Below are positions 17,023 through 25,572 of a stretch of 26,439 bases of DNA, piece after piece. This stretch comes from Planctomycetota bacterium. Lineage in GTDB: Bacteria; Planctomycetota; GCA-002687715; DRQF01. The DNA is taken from the NCBI GenBank assembly GCA_036479435.1, contig JAZGFI010000175.1:1-26439 (forward strand), in the 5' to 3' direction. Both the position numbers and the translations under genes were made by a program. The notes below the pieces were generated by a model. That model was not told the origin of the DNA, ran no database searches, and saw nothing but the letters and a program-made list of their open reading frames with translations. Numbering within the stretch: position 1 is the first letter of the stretch; each line of letters starts with the position of its first letter.

Positions 17023-18471
17023 TCAGAACCCAAACTCCCAGCCTCGGATGAGGCCGTGAATCAGGATGCCGAGGCCAAACGTTAAGGCCAGAATGAAAAC
17101 ATAGCGAAAGAAGTTCTTGAAGAAAATCCCCAGCCCCTTGAAGACCAAGCGTACCGGCGAAAACAACAGGTAAAAGAACCACCCCACGCCGGAGCGCGGC
17201 TTTTTGGGCTTGGGCACAGCGTCACCCTTAGGCGACTTCTTCGGCTCGGTTTCGGAGACTTTTTTTGGCTTTAGGCGAGGCTTCGGCGCCAACTTTAGGT
17301 CAATGGCTTCGACGAACTCATCGTCCTCGTCAACCTCAACGACGCCGGCGGGCATGCCCGCCCCGGCTTCACCACCTTCAAAGTCCGAGTAGAAACTGCC
17401 CATTCCCGGTGAATCGGGAACGGGACTGACCTGGGCCTTTGCCTGTACTTTGTTCCGGTAAATTTCCCGGGCTTGTTCGGCGGCGATACCGCCAACCTCT
17501 TTCAAATTCCCTACGATTTCACCGAGCCGCTCCTTTACTTCGCGCGCGACCTCACCCGGTTTGCGATCGCAATGCGTGGGCAAAGGCGGCGGGCCCGAGG
17601 CAGCCGGCGTCAGAGCGGTACTCGGCGGAACGATGAACCCACCCGTGGACGGTCGTCCTGAGGAACCCTCGAGCGCTTGAATCATCTCCCGAACTGAGGC
17701 GAAACGATCACTGGGAGTCTTTTGCATCGCACGGGCGATGACAGAGCGGTAAGGCGCCGCGATCATCGGCGGCATGACCACGGGCTCGCTTTCGTGTTTG
17801 CGGAGCACCTCCCACTCGCTATCGCCCTTGAAGGGGACGTCTCCGGTCAACATTTCGTAGAGAATCACGCCAAGCGAATAGATGTCACTCAGATGATCAC
17901 CGCGACGACGGAGCATCTCGGGCGCCATGTAGTAGGGCGTGCCGCGCCCAATCGACATCGTATTGTGCGATTCACTGACAAGCTTGGAGAGCCCGTAGTC
18001 TCCAACCCGGGCGTGATCACCCTTCATGAAGATATTGGCCGGCTTCAAGTCGAAGTGGATGATCGACTTTTCGTGAAGAGCGGAGACGCCTTCACAAGTC
18101 TGCCGAAAGATCGAATCGACTTGCTCTGCCGCCATGCGGCCGGCAGAAAGTCGTTTCTTAAGCGTCTGGTCACCACCGTAGCCCATCACAATGTAGGGAA
18201 TGCCCATCACTTCACCCTGGTCTTCAATCGAAACCAAGTTTGGGTGATCGATTTGCGCAAAATATCGGAGCGTATCGAGTTCTTTGAAAATCGCCTCGCT
18301 GATCTTTTCGTCCGAGACCTTCAAGAACTTGATGGCGTAGAACTTGCCAATGGACTCCTTGCGCGCCTTGTACACTTCACCGAAAACGCCGCTGCCAAGT
18401 TTGTTGACAATCTCGTAGCCGGGGATAAACCCGGGCTTTCGGTAGTGAGTGAAAAATCCTTCCCAATCCAT
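17023..18471 (-). CDS. Hanks-type Ser/Thr kinase with C-terminal membrane anchor (non-RD)
   Basis: Start refined to ATG 18471 (SD AAGGAG), 482 aa. Motifs GSGVFGEV, AIK, HFDLKPAN, DYG, GTPYYMAPE and DIYSLG; Pro-rich and Lys-rich linker; hydrophobic segments at the extreme C-terminus. Confidence 0.92.
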   Translation of the reverse strand: MDWEGFFTHYRKPGFIPGYEIVNKLGSGVFGEVYKARKESIGKFYAIKFLKVSDEKISEAIFKELDTLRYFAQIDHPNLVSIEDQGEVMGIPYIVMGYGGDQTLKKRLSAGRMAAEQVDSIFRQTCEGVSALHEKSIIHFDLKPANIFMKGDHARVGDYGLSKLVSESHNTMSIGRGTPYYMAPEMLRRRGDHLSDIYSLGVILYEMLTGDVPFKGDSEWEVLRKHESEPVVMPPMIAAPYRSVIARAMQKTPSDRFASVREMIQALEGSSGRPSTGGFIVPPSTALTPAASGPPPLPTHCDRKPGEVAREVKERLGEIVGNLKEVGGIAAEQAREIYRNKVQAKAQVSPVPDSPGMGSFYSDFEGGEAGAGMPAGVVEVDEDDEFVEAIDLKLAPKPRLKPKKVSETEPKKSPKGDAVPKPKKPRSGVGWFFYLLFSPVRLVFKGLGIFFKNFFRYVFILALTFGLGILIHGLIRGWEFGF

Positions 18472-18520
18472 TGGCGACTCCTTTTCGGAGAGTTTGCGTT
18501 CTTGAGTCTGTTCGGCGACC

Positions 18521-19699
18521 TCAAACATGGAGGTCGAGGTTCCAGACCAGGCCAGTCGCTGCAATGCCGAGGATCAGCATGGCAAAGCGAGTCAGCCAGG
18601 AATAGTGTCCTTTGAGCCACCAGTCGATGCGGAACCACAGCAGCAGCGACAAGATGATCGTACCGAAGGATAAGCCGAGGCGAATCCAGGGAGCGCGTTG
18701 TTCGGCGATCATGCTTTGGGCGGCTACTTGAGCGGCTTTCTCCAGGTCCCGGTCAGCTCCGGTCCAGCTAACGGTGGCTCGATAAAGCGTGCCTCCGTTG
18801 TCATCCGTCTCTTGAAGAGGCGTGATTCGGGTCTCACCGAGGTTGATCAACGTGTCTCGACCGTAGCGTTGATCGAGAATCTGGCGAAAGCGCGCTTCAT
18901 CAGCTTCGTCAACCCAGTTTCTTGAGAGAGCGTGGCGATAGGCTGCGGTGCGAATACGGCGCGCCAAAGTATCGATCGAATCTTCAACGGCAGATTCCGG
19001 GTCGGTGGTCACCGCCGTTACAAAGTGAATCGGCCGGAGTAACGGACGGTAGTAGCTGCGTCGCTGCGCAACCTGCGACTTGGAATCCTCGATCTGAATC
19101 ACCGAGCGGGCCCAAGGCCCCGTCACTGCCCGGACCACAATAAGAGGACCCCCCAGGGGACTCTCATCGGCTTCCAGCGTGAGGGTCAAGTCGCCTTGAT
19201 TCCTGATCCTGCCCGGGATGACGTGCTCACCGCGGTGGCGAAGTTCTTGTTCGATACCCTTGGCATAGCTACGGCGCACCGCAGAGTAATCGTCGCTGCC
19301 ACGCGCACTACTTTGGTAGCCGAGGACAATGCGAAACACCCGCTCGCCCCGCTGATCCAAAAGATGACGGTGTTTCACGATCGCGTCAGCGAGGTGACGG
19401 TATCCCGATTCTGCCGAGGTCACGACATCAAAACCGCCGTCACGGCTCTCTAACTCGTTCTCAATCAAATAACGTGAGATCGGACCGTCAGTGTTTTTGA
19501 TGCTGACTTGAGGGCCGACAACCCGCTCCATCTGGTCCCGGTATTTCCGCGCCGATGCGGGTTCAGCGATCGATTCACTTTCACGGCGCAGCCCAAAAGC
19601 CAGCATGAACGCGCCGATGGCCAAAAAGGCAAAGACGATGAAGATGATTACCAACAGCGGTTTCACGGCTTTGCCTCCTGAGCGGGACCGACCAGCCAT
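18521..19699 (-). CDS. Hypothetical membrane protein (one N-terminal TM, large soluble domain, two C-terminal TMs)
   Basis: 392-aa ORF in an operon-like position. Hydrophobic segments: LLVIIFIVFAFLAIGAFMLAF, LGLSFGTIILSLLLWF and FAMLILGIAATGLVW. Confidence 0.75.
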   Translation of the reverse strand: MAGRSRSGGKAVKPLLVIIFIVFAFLAIGAFMLAFGLRRESESIAEPASARKYRDQMERVVGPQVSIKNTDGPISRYLIENELESRDGGFDVVTSAESGYRHLADAIVKHRHLLDQRGERVFRIVLGYQSSARGSDDYSAVRRSYAKGIEQELRHRGEHVIPGRIRNQGDLTLTLEADESPLGGPLIVVRAVTGPWARSVIQIEDSKSQVAQRRSYYRPLLRPIHFVTAVTTDPESAVEDSIDTLARRIRTAAYRHALSRNWVDEADEARFRQILDQRYGRDTLINLGETRITPLQETDDNGGTLYRATVSWTGADRDLEKAAQVAAQSMIAEQRAPWIRLGLSFGTIILSLLLWFRIDWWLKGHYSWLTRFAMLILGIAATGLVWNLDLHV

Positions 19700-19732
19700 T
19701 CAGGGTTTTCCCCGGATATTTTTGCTGCGCGA

Positions 19733-21739
19733 CTATCGACGTTCAAGGGACACCTTCAGTTCCCCCGCCGCCAGGCGGGCATCAGCCTTAATGTCGACCC
19801 GTGATCGAGCCTCATCATCGTTCAGAGCAACGCCTTGGGGGCTTTGGGCCACGAGCTGCTCAGCATTTACCCGCTCCCTGAAAATCTCAAGATCGCCCTC
19901 ATGGCCATCGGTCACAACGTGCGCATCGCTTCGATTGCCGACAACAATGCCGCCGCCCCGACCTGTCGCAGGAACGAGGATGATCGCCTTCGCGCCTTGG
20001 ATCAAATAGGTTCCACTAAGTCGCAAGACCGCAGCTCGCGAACGCTCGCAAGGCATGTCGAACACAATTTCCAACTCGTTGCCGAGCCGAATCCGATCGC
20101 CCGACTCCAGCACCCGATGGATTGTGGCTTCGCCGTTGACGTAAAGCTCGCTGTCGGCGATGGCCTGAACTTCGTATTTGGATCCGCCGTGAAAACTCGT
20201 TTTACGGCTGAATTCGACATGCCGCGAAGCAATGTTGGCGAGCAGGGTGAAATCTGCGGCTGCCGACACCTCATTGCCAAGCGTAAACTGCTCGTCGCCT
20301 AGCAGCAAATACTCTCCGTGCTCCTCAACGCTCAACATCCAATGCGCGGCACTTAGTGACTTCGCGGGACGCCCAGCGTTAGGACGGCTTGGCCCCGGCT
20401 GCTTGTCGCCACCCTTGCGGTCTTGCCGGCGATGATGGGCGGATTCCTCAAGCCAATCTAACTCTCGAACCATTAGCTTGAGATCTGCGCCGTCGCCAAA
20501 CTCTCCTCGCACCACGCTGAGCATATCCGCAGCATCCTCAAGGCGCCGTCGATCCAAAAGGTTCTGGAGGTTGGCGACTTTCTCGCGTCGCAGGGCCATG
20601 CGCTCATGGACACCGCGCAGCAGTCGCAATGCAAGACGGTGCTCTCGTGAACAGGCGAAGACGTCCATCAACTTGGCTTTTGCGTCGACGAGGTCACCTG
20701 ACTCCAGGGATTTTTGGGCCTCGAGCAAAGCGGGTTCAACCGCGTTCTTAGTCTCGTCGAGTTTCTTGCGGAGTTCCTTGCTGACCTTGAGTGTGCCCCA
20801 CTTTTTCGCGGCGAACTGGAGGCTCTTCTCAGCGTGGTCAAAATCGCCTTCCGCCAAGTCACGCTCCACGCCCAAAAGGCCTTTGGCGGCCGTCTCGAGC
20901 TCTTCGAGTCCTTCGTCGCCAGCGAGATTCTCCCGCCGGCGCTCGAGTAGAGTCGCAGCGGGTTCAATCTGGCTCTTCGACATCCGTTCCTTCACTCGCT
21001 TGGCAACCCAACGATTGAGCGGTCGATCTAACTCTTGGCCCAAATGTCCGTCCAAGCGCTGCAGATGCCGGCGCTTGAACAGCCCATGCTCAAGCAAAAA
21101 CGAACTGAGGGCCCCGTCGCTCAGCCCCCCTTTGACGGCAACTTCGACGCGGCTCTTCGCCAAAGCCAGCCAAGCCTCCTGTAGACCCGGCGCACGCGGG
21201 TGCAACGAAGACGCACGCTCGAGTAATTCTTCGACCGTCGCGATCTCTTTGGGGCCACGTTTCATGGCGTCCTTCAGCAGAGACTCAGCCTCCTGACGGT
21301 TCAGCTCTAAGTCGCGCATCAGCTGCAATGTGTCATCATCACGATCGGAAAGCTCGATACTCATCAAGGTCGCGAGCGCTGCATCCAAGTCGCCGCGCTC
21401 ATGCTCAAGTCGAGCTTTGAAGAATCGCGCGCGGGCCCGATCGCGGCCGGCATCGCGATGGCCTTTCTTCGCCAAGAGCTCACGCTCAAGCTCATCGTCG
21501 TCATCCGGCGAGAAGTGTTTTGCCAAGCGATGAGCCTCAACCGTGGCCCGCGTCAGGTCGCCGCGATCCGCCCGATCAGCCACACGTTTCGAAAGCGCTT
21601 CCAAGCTGCGGCGATGGAGATCGCGTGCTTTCAAGTGGTCTCGGATCTCGGGATCTTCCGCGAGACCCAGAGCTTCTTCGAAACGGCCGTCGTCGAAGGC
21701 TCGGCGGGCTTGTCTAAGTTTGAGGATCTGTCGAAACAT
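19733..21739 (-). CDS. Helical/TPR-like repeat protein with C-terminal degenerate FHA-like domain(s)
   Basis: The N-terminal part has A...L..G....A helical repeats. The C-terminal FTLG...AD..LLANIASRH...YVNG...L.SGDRIRLG fits the FHA fold but lacks the canonical GR and NG(T) residues. Confidence 0.72.
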   Translation of the reverse strand: MFRQILKLRQARRAFDDGRFEEALGLAEDPEIRDHLKARDLHRRSLEALSKRVADRADRGDLTRATVEAHRLAKHFSPDDDDELERELLAKKGHRDAGRDRARARFFKARLEHERGDLDAALATLMSIELSDRDDDTLQLMRDLELNRQEAESLLKDAMKRGPKEIATVEELLERASSLHPRAPGLQEAWLALAKSRVEVAVKGGLSDGALSSFLLEHGLFKRRHLQRLDGHLGQELDRPLNRWVAKRVKERMSKSQIEPAATLLERRRENLAGDEGLEELETAAKGLLGVERDLAEGDFDHAEKSLQFAAKKWGTLKVSKELRKKLDETKNAVEPALLEAQKSLESGDLVDAKAKLMDVFACSREHRLALRLLRGVHERMALRREKVANLQNLLDRRRLEDAADMLSVVRGEFGDGADLKLMVRELDWLEESAHHRRQDRKGGDKQPGPSRPNAGRPAKSLSAAHWMLSVEEHGEYLLLGDEQFTLGNEVSAAADFTLLANIASRHVEFSRKTSFHGGSKYEVQAIADSELYVNGEATIHRVLESGDRIRLGNELEIVFDMPCERSRAAVLRLSGTYLIQGAKAIILVPATGRGGGIVVGNRSDAHVVTDGHEGDLEIFRERVNAEQLVAQSPQGVALNDDEARSRVDIKADARLAAGELKVSLERR

Positions 21740-21747
21740 GGGCGCCC

Positions 21748-22497
21748 TCAGTTTACCGCAACCGCGATCGCACTGGCATTGTCACGTAGCGATGATTCCG
21801 AACTGGAGTCAAATATTCGATTTAGGAGATCGGCGGGGACTTGGGTTTTATCCCAAATCGGTGGCGAGGCACCTTCACAGCAGCCATCGGTGGTCAACAA
21901 AAAGCGATCACCCCGACTGAGAGGAAGTACTTGGCGATCCACCATGTCCGCCGCCGAGTCACCCTTACCTAGATAACGGTAGAGGCGGCTTCTCATCGGG
22001 CTAGTGGCCAAATCCTCGGGCGCCAAGGCCCCTTCCTTGACCAAACGAAACGCCAAATTGTGATCCTCAGTTAGCAGCGCAGGCACCGTGGACAAAAACC
22101 GATAAAGGCGCGAATCGCCGGTGTGAATCACGTGGGCGGAGTCGCCATGTATAGCGAGGGCCGTCAGCGTGGTTCCCATGCTCTCGCGGTCGGGGCGGCC
22201 AAGTCGCGCCTTTCGCAGGGCCTCGTTCACTTCCAAAAGGGCATCGTCGAGTACTTCTTCGGGAAAAAGATCGGGGCTTGCCATAACTCTCTCCGCCACA
22301 TGTTCGAAAGCCTGCACCGCGATTTTGGAGGCGTCGCCGCCACCGCCATGGCCTCCCAGACCATCGGCAACCACAAAAAGGCCCCGCCAATCGCCCGAAT
22401 CAAAGATGGACGCGAAGACCGCGTCCTCGTTGCGGGCTCTCGGTCCCTGTTCAGTGCGCGTGGCCGCTTGGAGCCCATTTCGTCCGGGAAAGCTCAT
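21748..22497 (-). CDS. PP2C/PPM-family Ser/Thr protein phosphatase (PrpC/Stp1-like)
   Basis: Motifs R.RNEDA, VVADGLGGH, MGTT, HTGDSRLY, LTEDHN, LLTTDG and DNAS. Start trimmed to ATG 22497 (exact start uncertain) because the track's extension overlaps the tRNA. Confidence 0.9.
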   Translation of the reverse strand: MSFPGRNGLQAATRTEQGPRARNEDAVFASIFDSGDWRGLFVVADGLGGHGGGGDASKIAVQAFEHVAERVMASPDLFPEEVLDDALLEVNEALRKARLGRPDRESMGTTLTALAIHGDSAHVIHTGDSRLYRFLSTVPALLTEDHNLAFRLVKEGALAPEDLATSPMRSRLYRYLGKGDSAADMVDRQVLPLSRGDRFLLTTDGCCEGASPPIWDKTQVPADLLNRIFDSSSESSLRDNASAIAVAVN

Positions 22498-22672
22498 CTC
22501 ATCACCGATCTTGGCGTTTCTTGCCGTCGGCGGGGCTTGGGGTACAGCCCCCTTGACCACGGCATTCCCGCCATACCAGCTTCGCGGACAGATATTTCCG
22601 ACCTTTTTGCCGCCCACGGCCCCGAGAGGCTCGCTCGCCACGCCGATCTGGCCAGCGAAGCGGGCTTGCGGG

Positions 22673-22707
22673 TTGATGGCCGGCGAAGGTCCGGTAGGAT
22701 GCCGCCG
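22673..22707 (+). promoter_or_regulatory. Candidate sigma70 promoter of tRNA-Leu
   Basis: TTGATG (22673-22678), 16-nt spacer, TAGGAT (22695-22700), then a GC-rich discriminator GCCGCCG, as is typical of stable-RNA promoters. Confidence 0.55.
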
Positions 22708-22745
22708 AGCGTGGGAATCAACTTCCCCGCTTGGACTGAAAAGAC

Positions 22746-22827
22746 GCCGGAGTGGCGGAATTGGCAGACGCGCTGGATTCAAAATCCAGTTCCTTCGGGA
22801 GTGAGGGTTCAAGTCCCTCCTCCGGCA
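22746..22827 (+). tRNA. tRNA-Leu(CAA), CCA end not encoded
   Basis: Acceptor stem GCCGGAG/CTCCGGC plus discriminator A; D-arm GCGGAATTGGCAGACGC; anticodon arm CTGGA-TTCAAAA-TCCAG; variable arm TCC-TTCG-GGA; T-arm GAGGG-TTCAAGT-CCCTC. Confidence 0.97.
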
Positions 22828-23063
22828 TTTCTCAGTCCTCTTTCTTCAGCAATCCCCCCAAAATCCACCCGGTTCAGCCCATTTTCTCGCCGGTGGCTTC
22901 CCAAAATCAGGTTTATGGCCGAATTTATCGGCACTTGGGGTTATCCATCCCGGTATTCTGCGATCTGAGCTCTTGATCCTCACCGCAAGTCGCTGGAGAG
23001 TATGGGGCCTGCGTGTAAGAGCCGCCGTTCCTGCACACCACCTAAGGACATCGAGAACACCCC

Positions 23064-24509
23064 ATGCCCCGTTGCATCCTCGCTTTGCTATTAGCCGCGC
23101 TATTCGTCTTTTCCGCCTCCGCCCAAGAACCCGTCCGTTTCGGGACTTGGAATGTGGAAGTCCTCGGTACGCCCGGGTCTACCCAATGGGATCGAGCGAT
23201 CTCGGTTTTGGGTCGAGTCGGCGCCGACGTGGTCGCGGTGCAAGAGATCGATTCTATCGCCGACGTCATCGCTTTTCCGAATTTCGCCTTGACTGGCGGC
23301 TACCCCTTTTCTGCGGTGTCAGCGACCTCGGGAACTCTGTCAGGTGATCTCTACAACGGCCTGATGTCAATACATCCCATCGTCTTCAGTTCCTCCCACA
23401 GTGCGGCTTCGATCTCAGGCGATTCGAACGCCAACGACATTACGCGCGACATCTTCGAAGCCCACGTTCAGATTCCAAATGCGGCCGACGTCCTCGGCGT
23501 CTTCGTCGTGCACCTAAAGGCGAGTTCTGGCGGTACGAACGACTTTCGTCGCGCGGTGGAGATCATTCGACTCAAACAAGTCGTCGACGACTTCAAGGCC
23601 GCCAATCCGCAAGCTCCCTACATCGTCTGCGGTGATTTCAATGATGACATCCTCGACGGCGGTTTCGGCAACAGCTTCACGAGCCTGCCCGGCGGTTTGC
23701 CTTCTTCGTACGACCTTGGCAACGACATGAGCTTCCCGATCGTCTACGAGCCCTTCCAAACCTTTCTTTCGGCCGGTGACATCATCACCGCCGCCACTCA
23801 GGAAGACTCCACCACGATTGACGCGACCCGTATCTCCGGCCGCCGGCTTGACTACATCATTTACGGAGGCGGACTCGCCGTTAGCGGCGACGAGGTCTAC
23901 AATTCCGCTCGCGACAACGGCGTCGATGACACTCCCATCGGCAACTGGCTCAACAAGTTCGGAAGCCCTTTGCCGAGCAGCTACAGTCTCGACGCCGCGG
24001 ACCACTATCTGGTATTTGCCGATGCCACCGTGCCCTCGTCGAATCCCATTGCCGTCCAATGGCCCGGCAGCGGCGACGACTTTGTGATGGAAACTTCGGT
24101 TAACGCCGGAGTCTTTGCAACCGGCCCCGGGCAGGACGAGCTGGTGGCGATCACTGGCAATTCCTTAAACGTCCACTACTTTTCGCCCAGTGAGACTTTG
24201 TCAGGTCCTTTGGCTCACGCCATCATCGTCGCTCAACTCTTCACTCCCGCGGGCCTAGCCCCCACCGGCATTTTCCCCGGGATGTGGTTCGACCTTTCGG
24301 GTGCCGCGATCGAGCTTTACAATGGCCTCAATACTTCGGGCGGATTTATGCCCTTCATCCCGCCATTTTTCGGCGGCTACCACTCGTTCACGATTCCCGC
24401 TGGCTTTGGCGGAACGAGCGTTATGATCCAAACCGTGGTAATTTCCGGTAACACGATCGGCGGCTTTGTCGGCTTCAGCGACGGACACCGCCTCAACATC
24501 TTGTTCTGA
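23064..24509 (+). CDS. Secreted endonuclease/exonuclease/phosphatase (EEP) family protein with an extra C-terminal domain
   Basis: Signal peptide MPRCILALLLAALFVFSASA-Q; motifs TWNVE, VQE, HLKA, GDFND, LDYI and ADH (SDH variant). About 150 further residues form a Gly/Pro-rich beta-type tail. Confidence 0.85.
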   Translation: MPRCILALLLAALFVFSASAQEPVRFGTWNVEVLGTPGSTQWDRAISVLGRVGADVVAVQEIDSIADVIAFPNFALTGGYPFSAVSATSGTLSGDLYNGLMSIHPIVFSSSHSAASISGDSNANDITRDIFEAHVQIPNAADVLGVFVVHLKASSGGTNDFRRAVEIIRLKQVVDDFKAANPQAPYIVCGDFNDDILDGGFGNSFTSLPGGLPSSYDLGNDMSFPIVYEPFQTFLSAGDIITAATQEDSTTIDATRISGRRLDYIIYGGGLAVSGDEVYNSARDNGVDDTPIGNWLNKFGSPLPSSYSLDAADHYLVFADATVPSSNPIAVQWPGSGDDFVMETSVNAGVFATGPGQDELVAITGNSLNVHYFSPSETLSGPLAHAIIVAQLFTPAGLAPTGIFPGMWFDLSGAAIELYNGLNTSGGFMPFIPPFFGGYHSFTIPAGFGGTSVMIQTVVISGNTIGGFVGFSDGHRLNILF

Positions 24510-24530
24510 TCGAATCCGATAAGAGGACTG

Positions 24531-25562
24531 ATGTCCCACTCGACCGACTCAGATCCTGGCTCCGCCCGGCCCCTATCCGCGCGGAGCACAGACTTGAGTC
24601 CGAAAGAAAAGCGCGCCGCGCCGTCCAACAAACGTTGGCTTCTCATCTTGTTTGCCGTCATGCTCCCGGCGCTACCAGCGCTCTGGACTCGCTTTCTGCA
24701 AGACAAAGAGCGTGCCGCGATCCCGTCGCCAAGCGCGCTCGAAGCTGATGCCCGCGCTCGCTTAGCCGCTCTCCCTGCGCCAACGGGAGACCCAAGACCG
24801 ATTCTCTACGAGTTTCAGCCGGGACAAAGCTTCATCGCCGAAACCAGATTCCGCCGCGTCATCTCCGAAACGTCTCCGGGCCGCTCACCGAGCTCGGACC
24901 CCATCGACCTTGAGTTCGAGGCCGCCCTGGCGAAACAGGGCGGGCGTTTTCGATTCGAAATTGCATCGCTCGTTCTTCCAGGACCAGAATCGCGCAAAGC
25001 CTGGAAAGTCCGAGTACAGCGCCTATCGATCACCGCCGCTGAAGCGAAGTTAGAGTTTCATTGGCACCGCGACGGTTCCATGACTTGGATCGCCCCAACG
25101 CCAGAACCCGGCCCCCGACAGTTTTTCATCGAAAACTGGGGCCTCTTTTTTCCGGGACCATTGCGTTCGCCAGCGCGAAGATTCGATCAGATCTCAAACC
25201 TTCGCTCTGGCCTGAGTTTCAGCGCCAAACAGGTCATGAAGCGGCTGGAGATCGAAATCGGTGCCGACTCAATCCCCCCCGAAGGCGGGGTCTTTTTGCG
25301 TGAGCGTCCCGAGGGCAAAAAAGCCGCTGGCGCCTACGCCTTCACTTGGATCGGCTACTCCCGCCGCGCCGCCTCCGGCCGCGAATGGGGAGGCGGGCTC
25401 GAAATTCTGATCAACGGTGAATTTGAGACCACCGGCCCCAGGCTTGAACTCTGCCAGGGCACCTGGCGAGTACAAGAGTCCTTTGAGTTGCGCCGTAGCG
25501 ACGAAACCAAGGCCTGGGCCGACCATTCCATCGAAATCCAACAAACCATAAAACCCGAATGA
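24531..25562 (+). CDS. Hypothetical single-pass membrane/exported protein
   Basis: 343-aa ORF with SD GAGGA and TM segment WLLILFAVMLPALPALW. It fills the gap between same-strand neighbours with short spacers. Confidence 0.65.
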   Translation: MSHSTDSDPGSARPLSARSTDLSPKEKRAAPSNKRWLLILFAVMLPALPALWTRFLQDKERAAIPSPSALEADARARLAALPAPTGDPRPILYEFQPGQSFIAETRFRRVISETSPGRSPSSDPIDLEFEAALAKQGGRFRFEIASLVLPGPESRKAWKVRVQRLSITAAEAKLEFHWHRDGSMTWIAPTPEPGPRQFFIENWGLFFPGPLRSPARRFDQISNLRSGLSFSAKQVMKRLEIEIGADSIPPEGGVFLRERPEGKKAAGAYAFTWIGYSRRAASGREWGGGLEILINGEFETTGPRLELCQGTWRVQESFELRRSDETKAWADHSIEIQQTIKPE

Positions 25563-25572
25563 GAGCACAAAG

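Noticed and set aside
15785..18564. Track start codons at 15952, 16536 and 18564
   Set aside because: These extensions overlap neighbouring genes or the intergenic hairpin. Starts at 15784, 16362 and 18471 fit SD sequences or operon spacing better.
22498..22812. 105-aa N-terminal extension of PP2C in the ORF track
   Set aside because: It overlaps the tRNA and its promoter on the opposite strand, and PP2C motifs begin only after ATG 22497.
22746..22827. tRNA-Sec, or an integration site for a genomic island
   Set aside because: The anticodon is CAA, not TCA, with a normal 7-bp acceptor stem. There is no integrase nearby and I saw no duplicated tRNA 3' end, though no exhaustive repeat search was run.
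3633..22968. Long antisense or alternate-frame ORFs (e.g. 6264-6983, 8941-9675, 10500-11312, 17722-18615, 20478-21296, 22123-22968)
   Set aside because: They are shadows of well-supported genes, expected at this GC content, and show no recognisable motifs.
24507..24533. A second possible UGA read-through: the EEP stop TGA is in frame with the next ORF with no stop between
   Set aside because: The context (LNILF*SNP) has no redox motif, I see no clear hairpin after the UGA, and the downstream gene has its own SD and N-terminal TM segment.
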